This document shows positions 10,365 to 20,406 of a stretch of 46,967 nucleotides of DNA, piece after piece. The DNA is from a virus (lineage: Duplodnaviria; Caudoviricetes). The DNA lies in IMG/VR virus record IMGVR_UViG_3300014050_002573, positions 1 through 46,967 of that record, one strand, 5' to 3'. Both the position numbers and the translations under genes were made by a program. The notes below the pieces were generated by a model. The model did not search any database. It saw nothing but the letters and a program-made list of their open reading frames with translations, and was not told the DNA's origin. Every line of letters starts with the position of its first letter. Within the stretch, counting starts at the first letter, position 1.

Positions 10365-11068
10365 ACCATTCCAGATCTTGTAATATAAGATTTTTCTTGA
10401 TTAGAAGTAATCTCTTTTAAATTAGACTTAAACAAGTCAATAAAAGTGTCAGTATTGTAATACTCATTTTCATTGATTTCATTATCATGATAATCGGCGC
10501 TTGTATGCCAGATTTCTGTTCCAAAATTTGTAAAACCCAATTCAGAAAGATATGTCACTGACTGTATGACTCGGTCTATAAATTCTTCATGCCATTCAAA
10601 AGTAATTTTAGGAACTTTTTGAGTTAAACTTTTAATTACTTCAAGCTCGTGTCCTTCTACGTCAATCTTAATTAAATCTGGCTTTCCATGTTCTTTTACT
10701 AGATCGTCAAGCAGAATTGATCCAACCTTGATAGGTAATTTAAAATGATAATGATCTTTAAATGTTCTGCCATCAGACATGACTTTTTCTGAGTTTGTAA
10801 AGCAAGACTTTTCAAGGTAAAGTTTTGACACTGTTGAGACGCCGTCGTCTTCAAGACATTCAAAAAAATCAATTTCATCTAAAGAATTATTGACAGCTTT
10901 ATTGTAAACTACAACATTGTTGTTGCTAAACATATCTTTTAATTTATTGCAAAGATTAGTGTTTGGATCAACGCATATTACTTTAGCATTTTGTGACCGT
11001 CTTAGGATCATTTGCGTATATTCACCATTGTTTGCTCCAATATCGAATACAAGATTAAGATTATTCAT
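10352..11068 (-). CDS. FkbM family methyltransferase
   Basis: VFDIGANNG, LIKIDVEGHE. Confidence 0.9.
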   Translation of the reverse strand: MNNLNLVFDIGANNGEYTQMILRRSQNAKVICVDPNTNLCNKLKDMFSNNNVVVYNKAVNNSLDEIDFFECLEDDGVSTVSKLYLEKSCFTNSEKVMSDGRTFKDHYHFKLPIKVGSILLDDLVKEHGKPDLIKIDVEGHELEVIKSLTQKVPKITFEWHEEFIDRVIQSVTYLSELGFTNFGTEIWHTSADYHDNEINENEYYNTDTFIDLFKSNLKEITSNQEKSYITRSGMVWAK

Positions 11069-11838
11069 ATTTCCTTTATACTCTTTGGAATAAGATATGA
11101 GTCATCAGGTAATTCTTCAATTTCAAATTTTTCTGTTAGATCAAATGGATAAATTTTTTCATTAATAGCATTAGTTAGTAATTCTTCATTTGCACAAAAT
11201 CTAAATTGAGGATGGCTATACGTGTGCAATTTATAAATCATTTCGCTAACTGTCATGCACCATGAAAAATGACAACCACTTTTTCCTGGTAGAACTTGAC
11301 CTTCATATCTAAGATTGCATGGGTAACTATTTTTAAAATATGAATATTTTGCTGCCGTTGGTGCAACAAAATCTTTATTCTTCCAAAGATAAGTTTTCTT
11401 GTAGAAGAACTGGTGCAAGTTTAGAGAACAACAACTCTGTCTTTCAAGAAACTCTTTTATTTTTGGGTAAGTGTCTCCATAGATAATTTCATCTGCGTCT
11501 ATGGACACAATAATGTCACTGTCATTGAAAGCCATATTCTTCATGAATATGCTCCTCATGACAGGTTCATTTACACGATGTATTGTTTCTTCGTCATCAT
11601 ACGCAGCAACCACGTCTCTTGAGATGTCGACCGGCATGTAAAGTACTTTATCAATCAAGCTATCTGGAATGCGCGCTTTAAGACGGTCCCAGCCAATCAT
11701 CTCTCTAGGCATTCCTGTATGTGTCCTATTGAACTCATTAATAATGAATTTTTCAATATGCGGATATGCTTCCTTTAGATTGGCAATCAAAAACTGTATT
11801 TCATGCTCAACATAGAAATATGTCTTAAGGTAGATCAC
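11065..11838 (-). CDS. GT17-like glycosyltransferase
   Basis: E.N.THTG, SIDADEI, GCHFSWC, KL.TYSH pattern of GT17-like proteins. Confidence 0.6.
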   Translation of the reverse strand: MIYLKTYFYVEHEIQFLIANLKEAYPHIEKFIINEFNRTHTGMPREMIGWDRLKARIPDSLIDKVLYMPVDISRDVVAAYDDEETIHRVNEPVMRSIFMKNMAFNDSDIIVSIDADEIIYGDTYPKIKEFLERQSCCSLNLHQFFYKKTYLWKNKDFVAPTAAKYSYFKNSYPCNLRYEGQVLPGKSGCHFSWCMTVSEMIYKLHTYSHPQFRFCANEELLTNAINEKIYPFDLTEKFEIEELPDDSYLIPKSIKEI

Positions 11839-12481
11839 TGTTCTTTCTCCTGACCTTTAATACTGCATAATTGAAAAGTCGATGAATATCATGATGCTGT
11901 GCATGAACGATTATCTGGACATCGAAAATCTGTTTGCATCTATTGATAAAATCATAGTGATCTACATCATCAATAATAATGAAGCAATCATCAACAATCT
12001 TATCTTTAAGATATAAGAATGATATGCTTCTTCCATTACCGTTTGGTCCATCTAGAATGACAAGATCGACATTTGATGGTATATCGTTTTCTTGTATTGT
12101 GTAGAAAGCGTTCTTGACGCTAAAGTTGTCTTTTTCGTGCTGTGCATTGGTAAAAGATTGTCTATTGACTTCATGAGTCTCAAACATCTTATCAAATGAT
12201 TGATCATCACAGTATGACAAGTCCACTCTATTAACTTTTAAGTTTTCATGTATCTCACTGAAATAATAGTCTGGGTGGTGATCAAATGATGTAATAAAGA
12301 ATGACTTATTTAGATGCTTCCTAAGCGCTAGCAAGAACTTTGTTGATTCTCCCGAACCAAACTCAACAACTTGTTTTATGTCATTTTTTTCAACAATTTC
12401 AATAATCTTCTCTAGAACAATAGAATGCAATCCCATTCCATAATTCCAATACTGTTCAATATCATTCATACTTGAGCCCAC
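11825..12481 (-). CDS. SAM-dependent methyltransferase
   Basis: VVEFGSGEST, DLVILDGP, IIIDD. Confidence 0.75.
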   Translation of the reverse strand: MGSSMNDIEQYWNYGMGLHSIVLEKIIEIVEKNDIKQVVEFGSGESTKFLLALRKHLNKSFFITSFDHHPDYYFSEIHENLKVNRVDLSYCDDQSFDKMFETHEVNRQSFTNAQHEKDNFSVKNAFYTIQENDIPSNVDLVILDGPNGNGRSISFLYLKDKIVDDCFIIIDDVDHYDFINRCKQIFDVQIIVHAQHHDIHRLFNYAVLKVRRKNSDLP

Positions 12482-13233
12482 AGAGAGTAAAATGTTGTGC
12501 CTGTATTTTGCAGATCAACCCAAAATTTATCATTCTCACTAATCCTATGATCGATCCACTTCTTTGAGTGAATTATTCTTGAGTTGCCAATCATTCCTGC
12601 ACTAATTGCAAATGTGCTAGGTGATGAAACTATTATACTAGATGAAGCTAAGTCAATAAAATCATCAAGAAAATTACCAGTTATTTGTGATAATCCAAAT
12701 CTATGTTTTATGTTATTAGACTCAAGAAATGACAAAACATTGTTGAAACTTTCAAGCTTATGATCATCTGTAAATAGCACAAACTCTAATTCATCAGAAG
12801 AATCAAGACACAGCTTAAGAGAGTCTATGTAGTAATCAGAATCAAGTATTGATTTTGGGTTCCACTGGAAGAAGTCTGTTCCTCTAAAATGAATTCCTAC
12901 TTGTTTGTGATTATTATCAAAATTTTTAGTTACAAACTGACGAGGATTTAGACTAATGAATCTAAAAAAAATTGAACCTAATGCATGCGGATCAATAATC
13001 ACATCATTTGCATCGAGAATTTTTTGAATTTCGTAATCAGCCATCATCAAGTCTGTCTGTGTGAGTCTGATTGCGCTATTTGATGTCTGACTGCTGGATC
13101 TTTCAAAGATTAAATCGCCCTCCCACGAAGGTACACACCACTTCTGGTTAAAGCGGTGCGCTATTTGCCTCACATTGTTGTAAGAGAGAAACTTATTTCC
13201 AAATCTTCCACTAAAGTCTTCCAGCAATATCAT
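12466..13233 (-). CDS. GT11 fucosyltransferase-like protein (paralogue of 6706..7581)
   Basis: SGRFGNK, GIHFRGTD, LFTDD, STFAISAG, IIHSK.WI. Confidence 0.8.
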   Translation of the reverse strand: MILLEDFSGRFGNKFLSYNNVRQIAHRFNQKWCVPSWEGDLIFERSSSQTSNSAIRLTQTDLMMADYEIQKILDANDVIIDPHALGSIFFRFISLNPRQFVTKNFDNNHKQVGIHFRGTDFFQWNPKSILDSDYYIDSLKLCLDSSDELEFVLFTDDHKLESFNNVLSFLESNNIKHRFGLSQITGNFLDDFIDLASSSIIVSSPSTFAISAGMIGNSRIIHSKKWIDHRISENDKFWVDLQNTGTTFYSLWAQV

Positions 13234-13967
13234 TGTACACTATTGATAGTCTTCCAGCCCATATTAATCCAGTAATCCTTGACTTGCTGTCTTACACTAC
13301 CATGATCTGGTTTTTTCCATGTTGCATGTTCATCAAGACCTAAATAATTATGTGTATCACCCCAAAGTGAAAAATCACCATGCGGTTGCATTGGTACTAC
13401 ACATTTAATTCCGGCCTTTATCATACATGATGCTGCAAAATGAATATCTTCGCCATTATCAAATGTGTTAGGAGAATAGCTCCACATATGATGAATCCAT
13501 TCACGCTTAAAAAACCAGCAATGACCAACGAAATCAACTATTGTATCATTTTGTACAGCAGAGCCGTCACCAGTGCATAATTCATCGACATCTTTTCTAA
13601 TCGTTCTTCCATTTGCACCGGCAATTGCATTATACGTTTGAGATACTCTAATACAGTTTTCAAACCACCTTGGATTAGGAATAGTGTCATCGTCAAAAAT
13701 AGCAACATACTCTGTATTCAACAACAGCGGTAATGAAAACCTACCATGAAATTTAAAATTTTTATCTTTTGAATGAATATGAGAGATCTTAATATTCAGT
13801 CTATGCGCATAATCTAAAACATCATTATGAATTGCAGCATCAACATGTGATTCATTTTGCCAAACATAGATCTCTTTTGGAAGAATTGTCTGTGAGAGAA
13901 CAGCGCGAATTTGATGGTCTAAATTGTTTCTCTTATAGACAGTTAAAATTGCTGCAATTGTATTCAT
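13230..13967 (-). CDS. GT2/GT-A glycosyltransferase
   Basis: LTVYKR, IFDDD, VDFVGH, GEDI. Confidence 0.8.
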   Translation of the reverse strand: MNTIAAILTVYKRNNLDHQIRAVLSQTILPKEIYVWQNESHVDAAIHNDVLDYAHRLNIKISHIHSKDKNFKFHGRFSLPLLLNTEYVAIFDDDTIPNPRWFENCIRVSQTYNAIAGANGRTIRKDVDELCTGDGSAVQNDTIVDFVGHCWFFKREWIHHMWSYSPNTFDNGEDIHFAASCMIKAGIKCVVPMQPHGDFSLWGDTHNYLGLDEHATWKKPDHGSVRQQVKDYWINMGWKTINSVQ

Positions 13968-14347
13968 TATAGCTCCATTTCATAATAGTCTTTAGAATCA
14001 AATTCTTTATCACAGAAAACAATCATTTTGGTCTCGCCAGCACAAGATTTAAATGCAAAGGAATGATTTACATCTTGGTAATAAGATTGTCCAGCATTCA
14101 TCGAAAATTCAACATGTTCAGATGAATTATTATCTTTGACACTACATTCAATTCTCCCTGCAAGGACAACAATTATTTGTGCTGATTGTTTATGATAGTG
14201 TTTACCACGCCAAAAGCCCATCTTGGGCTCTATGAGGTAAAATCTCCTAACATCAAAGTCAGGAAATTTATCAATTGATGTTAGAATTCCTCTCTCATCA
14301 ATGTTAACTTTGTGATCAAGAAATGTCGGTAAATTCAATGACTTCAT
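13967..14347 (-). CDS. WxcM/FdtA-like cupin sugar 3,4-ketoisomerase
   Basis: DERG.L, F.VRRFY, RGKHYH, C-terminal DY; adjacent to an aminotransferase. Confidence 0.8.
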   Translation of the reverse strand: MKSLNLPTFLDHKVNIDERGILTSIDKFPDFDVRRFYLIEPKMGFWRGKHYHKQSAQIIVVLAGRIECSVKDNNSSEHVEFSMNAGQSYYQDVNHSFAFKSCAGETKMIVFCDKEFDSKDYYEMEL

Positions 14348-15377
14348 TTTTCATTCTCGATAAAACATCACATACTTTTTCAACATCTTCGTTGCTTAAA
14401 TGTGGGCCAACTGGTAATGATAAGATGTGATCTGATACTCTTTTATTTGATTTATTGTTGATGAATGATTTAAAGTAAGGCATGTCATTAAGCATCTTTG
14501 GGTAATGAATCATCGTTGGAATACCATTACTTTCAAAGACGTCTCTAACATGGTCTCTATTACGCCAAAGAGTGACGTATTGATGATAAACACAGTTTTG
14601 TGTAAACCTGACAGTATTATTGAATGCGCTGTTATAGAGACTTGCATTGCTCTGCCTTTTCTTATTCATGACATCATAATACTCTAATTTTGATAATAAA
14701 AATGCTGCTTGCCACTCATCCATTCTGCTATTAAAGCCCCATGTATTTATTACACCGTCATTTAGGCCATAAAAACGAGACTTTTTACATGATGATATAA
14801 ATTTTTCATCATTTGAGATAATCGCGCCTCCATCACCTCTGCAACCTAGCGGTTTTGTCGGATAAAAACTATGAATAGCAACAAAAGATTTTTTTGATTT
14901 TTCAAGTCCAGTTGATTGAGCGCAATCTTCAACTATGATGCTATTAGTGTTTTCTGCAATCTTTTCAAGATGTGACATTTCTGTCTGGTTTCCATAAAGA
15001 TGGACAGGAACTAAAATTGAATCTTTTGGAACATCAATATTTGTAAGGTCAAGTGTCATTCTTTCATCAACAGGCGCTGCAATAATATTTTTTGAACCCG
15101 CCTGTATTGCAGCAACAATTGTTGGATATGCACCAAAGCTAGGAACTATCACTGTTCTCTTATCGCATTCAAGAAGCTTAAAAGTCATATACAAAGCATC
15201 AGTTGCATTCTTCACACAAGTAACTGATTTTATTTTTTGATCTATTGCAAATGCTTCTTCAAATTTAGAAAGATAATCGCCTAAAAGGTATTTGCCAGAT
15301 TTTTCTATTTGTTTATATGAATCATGAACAAGCTTTGCTGCTTCTCTATTTTCTAATTCAAGATCTACGAATTTCAT
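14316..15377 (-). CDS. DegT/FdtB-like sugar aminotransferase
   Basis: PVHLYG, VEDCAQS, SFYPTKPLG..GDGG, GFNSRMDE, LSLPVGP. Confidence 0.92.
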   Translation of the reverse strand: MKFVDLELENREAAKLVHDSYKQIEKSGKYLLGDYLSKFEEAFAIDQKIKSVTCVKNATDALYMTFKLLECDKRTVIVPSFGAYPTIVAAIQAGSKNIIAAPVDERMTLDLTNIDVPKDSILVPVHLYGNQTEMSHLEKIAENTNSIIVEDCAQSTGLEKSKKSFVAIHSFYPTKPLGCRGDGGAIISNDEKFISSCKKSRFYGLNDGVINTWGFNSRMDEWQAAFLLSKLEYYDVMNKKRQSNASLYNSAFNNTVRFTQNCVYHQYVTLWRNRDHVRDVFESNGIPTMIHYPKMLNDMPYFKSFINNKSNKRVSDHILSLPVGPHLSNEDVEKVCDVLSRMKNEVIEFTDIS

Positions 15378-15991
15378 CTTACACGTATAGTAAAGCTATA
15401 ATAGTCTCCATTCCATTTTTTAATGTAGACTTCTTTGTTTCTAGACAGGTCATCTACGATTTCTTGCATCTCTCGTATTGTGATCTTAGAGACCGGGACA
15501 ATGCTATTTCCATAACTCAAATCTGTTTCTACTTTATCATCTTTTGTTTCTACTATTTTTTGACGATGAACTACAACAAAGTCTGTGTCTGCTTGACAAA
15601 CTTTTCGAAGAATTGCAATAGGGTCTTCAATAACGTCAAGTAAAGCATTCATTACAATTGCTTTTGAAGGAGGCAGATCTTTAATATCGTCATTAAAGAC
15701 ATCAAATTTCATAAATTCTGCTGCTGGATTGCATTTTTTAGCAACTTCTTCTAATATCCAATCAAGATCAGCACCAAGGTAACGGCCCAACCATACTCTT
15801 GAAAGATCACCGGCACCGCAACCTAAATCTATTAGTAAACCATCATGACCAACTTCATCAAGTAAAGACTTAAGTAAAGGAAAATGGTCAGCTTGTTCAA
15901 GCTTGTGACCCCACAAAGATCCCTCGCTACCTCTTCTCATATCTTCAATGATTTCGAAGTCTTTTTCCCATCTTTTAGAAGAATTCATCAT
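15374..15991 (-). CDS. Class I SAM-dependent methyltransferase
   Basis: LIDLGCGAG, YLGAD. Confidence 0.75.
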   Translation of the reverse strand: MMNSSKRWEKDFEIIEDMRRGSEGSLWGHKLEQADHFPLLKSLLDEVGHDGLLIDLGCGAGDLSRVWLGRYLGADLDWILEEVAKKCNPAAEFMKFDVFNDDIKDLPPSKAIVMNALLDVIEDPIAILRKVCQADTDFVVVHRQKIVETKDDKVETDLSYGNSIVPVSKITIREMQEIVDDLSRNKEVYIKKWNGDYYSFTIRVR

Positions 15992-16868
15992 TTAATTCCT
16001 TTTCTATTCTAGATTTCAAGGTTTCAATGTTCACTTTTATTGCGTCTGGATGGAAATTTACGTATGGCTTGGTAAAAGCTGGGCCTCTAATTTCAGGTTT
16101 AAACTCATGCATACCGTGAATTTTGGTCTCAATTTCCCATTTTTCTTCGATTGAAACAGACTTTGTCCAGGGAAGCCAGTAATTATCATAAAAGTCTGGT
16201 ATGCAATTCTGCATTGACACTTTAGACTTATAGTAGTCAATTTTAGACTTAACTTGACTTGGCCAGACATAGGAGTAATGACACATAGAAATCTGGTACA
16301 TGTCTCTTGCTTCATCAGAATCAATATGACCTCTTCCTCTTGTCATTTCACCATTTGCGTATTGTATCGTTGGGGGTCTATGTGTGATAAATCTACAACC
16401 TGCTTCCCAACGAAAGACACGTAAGAAATTATCTGTTTTTTCTTCAAATCCTGAGATGACTCTATCTAACCCACCTACAAATGTGTTTGAATGGACGCCT
16501 ACAGAGATTGGACGCTGTGTCTCTAAGAGACGTCTTAAGTTAAGTAATGATTCATTAGTCCAAACTTCGTCACTATCAACTTGAATCAAGTAATCAGGTT
16601 GATTTGTCATCAATGATAGCGCGGCAGAAAATTGATGGTCTTTTTCTTCGTATTGAGAGTGAAGAACACGAATTTTATTATCTGGATCTTCAAAATTGTC
16701 TAAGATTTCATTGGTACGATCTGTAGAAGTTGTAAGTCCACGATCTTGCCAATATCTAACTGGGCCTTCGGCAATTACGATCTCATCGACATGGTTGTAT
16801 ATGCTCTTAAGACTTTCCTTCAGAACATGATCACCATTAAGAACAATCATGGCAGCTGTCAATTTCAT
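15975..16868 (-). CDS. GT2 family glycosyltransferase
   Basis: STDRT, QVDSDE, HYSYV. Confidence 0.78.
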   Translation of the reverse strand: MKLTAAMIVLNGDHVLKESLKSIYNHVDEIVIAEGPVRYWQDRGLTTSTDRTNEILDNFEDPDNKIRVLHSQYEEKDHQFSAALSLMTNQPDYLIQVDSDEVWTNESLLNLRRLLETQRPISVGVHSNTFVGGLDRVISGFEEKTDNFLRVFRWEAGCRFITHRPPTIQYANGEMTRGRGHIDSDEARDMYQISMCHYSYVWPSQVKSKIDYYKSKVSMQNCIPDFYDNYWLPWTKSVSIEEKWEIETKIHGMHEFKPEIRGPAFTKPYVNFHPDAIKVNIETLKSRIEKELNDEFF

Positions 16869-17776
16869 CTTGCAATCTCTTCTTTTGCTTTAATCATAGC
16901 AGAATGATATTCATCATAGCATTTATTTACAAATGGGTGTACACTAAGCGGTTCTCCCCAGATCCACTCATTATTGTAAGATGCTCTATATTTGTTTTCG
17001 CTCTCTATAACAAAATGTGCAAAATGAAAGTAAACCAGGTCCTGTGCCTGTGACTTCCAAATGATTTTTCTATCTTCGTATTTGTGCTGCGTTACATTCC
17101 ACGGTGCAAGATGACCAAAATTTTTATCAATTACAGCTGTTTGATTTCTATAGAATGAATAGAATAATTCAAGATATTTTTGATCACCGCAGGTTCCAAA
17201 ACCTAACATGTAATTATTTTGTGAATTAGTTAGATAACTTTTCCACTTATTGAGTGCTGATCTTCCGTATGAATCGTACTCGAAATGGACAATCCCAACA
17301 TTGAACTCACCGCTTGTCATCAAATAAGGAATTCTGTGACTTACAAGACCGATTGATCTTGTCGACAATTCATCAAAAAAGCTTTTGATATCATTGAAGA
17401 AATAGATGTCTGCATCAATGTAAGTAATTGCTGTCTTAATCCTGGTCATTAACCAATCAGAAAAGCAAGGTGCTAATGACCAGCAAAATTGTACAAAACC
17501 AGGATCTTTATTAGATGCTTGAGCATTTGAAATTGCTTCCCTGCTTGGCTGCATGTACCTAATAGCTCTGACTTGAAAATCTTCATTTATCTCATTGATA
17601 GAATAAATTTTTAAATTATCATGCTTTCGAAGTGAATTTAATTTATTGAATGTAAAATCATCCATAGCAAGAACATGCAGCATATAATCTTCAGTAAAGT
17701 GTTCTTTTGCGCTATCAATCAGACAAATTAGATTTGGCAGGTATCTAGAATCACCCAGCGCACAATAGTTTCTCAT
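16865..17776 (-). CDS. GT-A nucleotide-diphospho-sugar transferase
   Basis: YIDADIYFF, FNVG, GDQKYL, LAPWN, FHF. Confidence 0.78.
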   Translation of the reverse strand: MRNYCALGDSRYLPNLICLIDSAKEHFTEDYMLHVLAMDDFTFNKLNSLRKHDNLKIYSINEINEDFQVRAIRYMQPSREAISNAQASNKDPGFVQFCWSLAPCFSDWLMTRIKTAITYIDADIYFFNDIKSFFDELSTRSIGLVSHRIPYLMTSGEFNVGIVHFEYDSYGRSALNKWKSYLTNSQNNYMLGFGTCGDQKYLELFYSFYRNQTAVIDKNFGHLAPWNVTQHKYEDRKIIWKSQAQDLVYFHFAHFVIESENKYRASYNNEWIWGEPLSVHPFVNKCYDEYHSAMIKAKEEIAR

Positions 17777-18675
17777 TCATGATTCCTATAGTCGATTAGT
17801 GAATCTCTTCTCGGTATAAAAATTCCAAATTTTTCAATTTTTTCACAATTAATAGAGTAGCGTAGATCTTGTCCTAGTCTATTTTCTGTGTAAGTTACAT
17901 GAGATTTCCAGTCTTTCGTGTTGAACCATCTGCAGACTTCTTCAACAACTTGATTATTATTAAGCTGGAAACCACCTGCAATGTTGAAGACTTCATTTTT
18001 TATGCCCGATTCAATCAAGTCAAGTATTGCTTTTGCATTATCTTTAACATAAATCCAGTCTCTAATATAAGATCCATCGCCATGTAGAGGAATTTTCCTA
18101 TTTTCAGCGAGACAAGATACGGACTTTGAAATCAACTTTTCTTCGTATTGACGTGGTCCGTAGTTATTTGAGCTTCTTGTGATAAGATAGTCAATTCCAT
18201 AAGTTCTATGGTAGGACGTGACTAAGTGCTCTGCACTAGCTTTTGTTGCGCTATAAGGATTTGAAGGTTTTAGTGTGTCATTTTCTTTAAAATCACCACT
18301 AAGCGTATCACCATAGACTTCATCTGTGCTAATTTGAACAAACATTGGACGTTCATAAACCTTGCCTCTAAGAAGTTCAAGTATGTTGTGGACGCCCTGA
18401 ATATTAGTTTTTACGAACTCTCCACAGCATGTGATAGAGTTGTCAACATGCGTCTCGGCAGCAAAATTGACAATAATATCGCAAAATGGAATATGCTTAA
18501 TTTCTGCAATATCTTCCTTGATGTGGGTGTATTTTTCATACTTGTCCCAAGGCAGAGACTTATTTGAACAATATGTCATTTTATCAATATCAATAATTGT
18601 GTGACCATTGCGAAGTGCTAACTCGACAAAATGGCTTCCTATAAATCCTCTACCGCCTGTTACTACCATTCGCAT
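17773..18675 (-). CDS. rfbB: dTDP-glucose 4,6-dehydratase
   Basis: TGGRGFIGS, NFAAETHVD, ISTDEVYG, PYSATK, NNYGPRQ, RDWIYV. Confidence 0.93.
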   Translation of the reverse strand: MRMVVTGGRGFIGSHFVELALRNGHTIIDIDKMTYCSNKSLPWDKYEKYTHIKEDIAEIKHIPFCDIIVNFAAETHVDNSITCCGEFVKTNIQGVHNILELLRGKVYERPMFVQISTDEVYGDTLSGDFKENDTLKPSNPYSATKASAEHLVTSYHRTYGIDYLITRSSNNYGPRQYEEKLISKSVSCLAENRKIPLHGDGSYIRDWIYVKDNAKAILDLIESGIKNEVFNIAGGFQLNNNQVVEEVCRWFNTKDWKSHVTYTENRLGQDLRYSINCEKIEKFGIFIPRRDSLIDYRNHE

Positions 18676-19559
18676 GAAATCACCTCACGTTGTCCTAATT
18701 CATTTAACTTGGTCAAGACAGGAAATCTTACTCTTTTTAATAAATTCCAGTCAACAGCATCATCTTTTATATCTTCAATCTTAAAGAATCTTCTAGAAGA
18801 ATAGTCTGCATCTTTTTCAGATTCTCTGTAGGAAAGCATGTGAAAACCAAAAGGTGATGTATCATCTTGCCCCTTCTTCCCAAGCTGATTTTTGTGAAGC
18901 CAGGGCAAGAAGTTTGGACCGTAGGGATGGACAGGATCTGGGCCTGGATATAACTCGCCTCCTATCCACGATAATGCAAGTCCCCAGTCACCTGGGTGGT
19001 CGTATTCGCGTCTATGCTTGATGCCCTCAGGTTTGACATATTTTTCTTCTGACAATGAGACACTTCTTACATGCCATGGGTCGATTGTCATTACTAGATT
19101 GAAGAATTCACAGTCTGTTTGTGGTTCTGTCCATTTTTCAACTCTACTTAGCATTCTTGATCTGGCATCATCTGCAATGATAACATCAGATTCTATTGAA
19201 ATCCACATGCAATTTGTGGCAAGTTGCTTTACCAATGAATAAGATTTAAACTTGGATTTTGCTTGTGTCTTTTCTGTGGGTTCCATGCCCTCTCTTTTAG
19301 GTGCTTTCATTTCAGGCCATGGATCTATAGATGAAAGATCGAAGACATGAAGATTTTGTGGCTTTTCACGTCGTATAAAGCGATCTACTTCTAAAAGAGT
19401 ATTATCAGTCGATCCATCATCTATGACGAGAACTGCGTCAAATTGCTTACATGCCTGCTGGAGAGATGCATAAATAGTCCAATCATTATTACAAGTTTGG
19501 ACAGTTGCTACCCAAGGAATTTGTCTACAAAAATCTTTCCATTGAATTAGATTACTCAA
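18663..19559 (-). CDS. GT2 family glycosyltransferase
   Basis: VIDDGSTDNT; ESD at the DxD position. Confidence 0.65.
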   Translation of the reverse strand: MSNLIQWKDFCRQIPWVATVQTCNNDWTIYASLQQACKQFDAVLVIDDGSTDNTLLEVDRFIRREKPQNLHVFDLSSIDPWPEMKAPKREGMEPTEKTQAKSKFKSYSLVKQLATNCMWISIESDVIIADDARSRMLSRVEKWTEPQTDCEFFNLVMTIDPWHVRSVSLSEEKYVKPEGIKHRREYDHPGDWGLALSWIGGELYPGPDPVHPYGPNFLPWLHKNQLGKKGQDDTSPFGFHMLSYRESEKDADYSSRRFFKIEDIKDDAVDWNLLKRVRFPVLTKLNELGQREVISCEW

Positions 19560-20406
19560 TTTTTATCCCTATCTTATTGAACCTTTCAAATAATGAATTT
19601 TTTGAGAAGAAATCAAGGTCATCAACAGCCTCTAAAGATTCATTAGAAATGATACGCAATAAGTCGTCATGTGTTTCAAAAAACTTTACATTTTTACAGT
19701 CTTTAAGCAAATCAAAGTGTCGATCATAAGATCCTAATGACTGCTGGAGAAGAATTCTTCCTGCGTAAAGTGTTTCATATGATCTCGTGTTTAAGCCTTT
19801 GAACGTTCCAATAGGATTTAAAATTCCCTTGTATGACAGGAAATTACTAATATAGTCATCCCATGAAAAATTCCTTGAGATGTTTGAAATAAAGATCTTG
19901 CTTGAAAGCTCTTTATTTTCTTGGCTAAACTTCAGCAACGAAGTTCTTGGACCGTACTCTATCTTTCCTGCTTGACCACTAAACAGAAATGTATCATTTG
20001 TTATCTTGCTTTCTCTTTGATCAAAGAATCTTCGTGAGGCCCATTGAGGCATCCATTTAAAGTTATACTTGTTGCAATCATCTTCATCACACGCATAAAT
20101 GTCGTCGACGAATTGTGTTGCCATCTTTAAACTAAAGTGACTCTTTTGAATCCAAGGTAACATAATTGCATCAATTCTTTCAAAGCACCAAAGAATTTTT
20201 GCATGTGGATATGCTTTCCATCTTGCGATTTTTTCAGGCGTATCCCACATATACAGCAAAAAATCATGACCAACAAGAAAGACGTCATCTTTAAGATCAA
20301 AAACTTTTTCCCAATCTTGCTCAGAAACAACACAGACATCTTTTATGTTGTAGTCAAAAATAGAAGATGAAGTTCCGCAGCCGTAATCATTTGTTATGAT
20401 CTTCAA
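19552..20406 (-). CDS. Putative GT-B glycosyltransferase
   Basis: C-terminal FSG...R, LNP...NTRSYE pattern of GT-B proteins; cluster context. Confidence 0.55.
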   Translation of the reverse strand: MKIITNDYGCGTSSSIFDYNIKDVCVVSEQDWEKVFDLKDDVFLVGHDFLLYMWDTPEKIARWKAYPHAKILWCFERIDAIMLPWIQKSHFSLKMATQFVDDIYACDEDDCNKYNFKWMPQWASRRFFDQRESKITNDTFLFSGQAGKIEYGPRTSLLKFSQENKELSSKIFISNISRNFSWDDYISNFLSYKGILNPIGTFKGLNTRSYETLYAGRILLQQSLGSYDRHFDLLKDCKNVKFFETHDDLLRIISNESLEAVDDLDFFSKNSLFERFNKIGIKIE

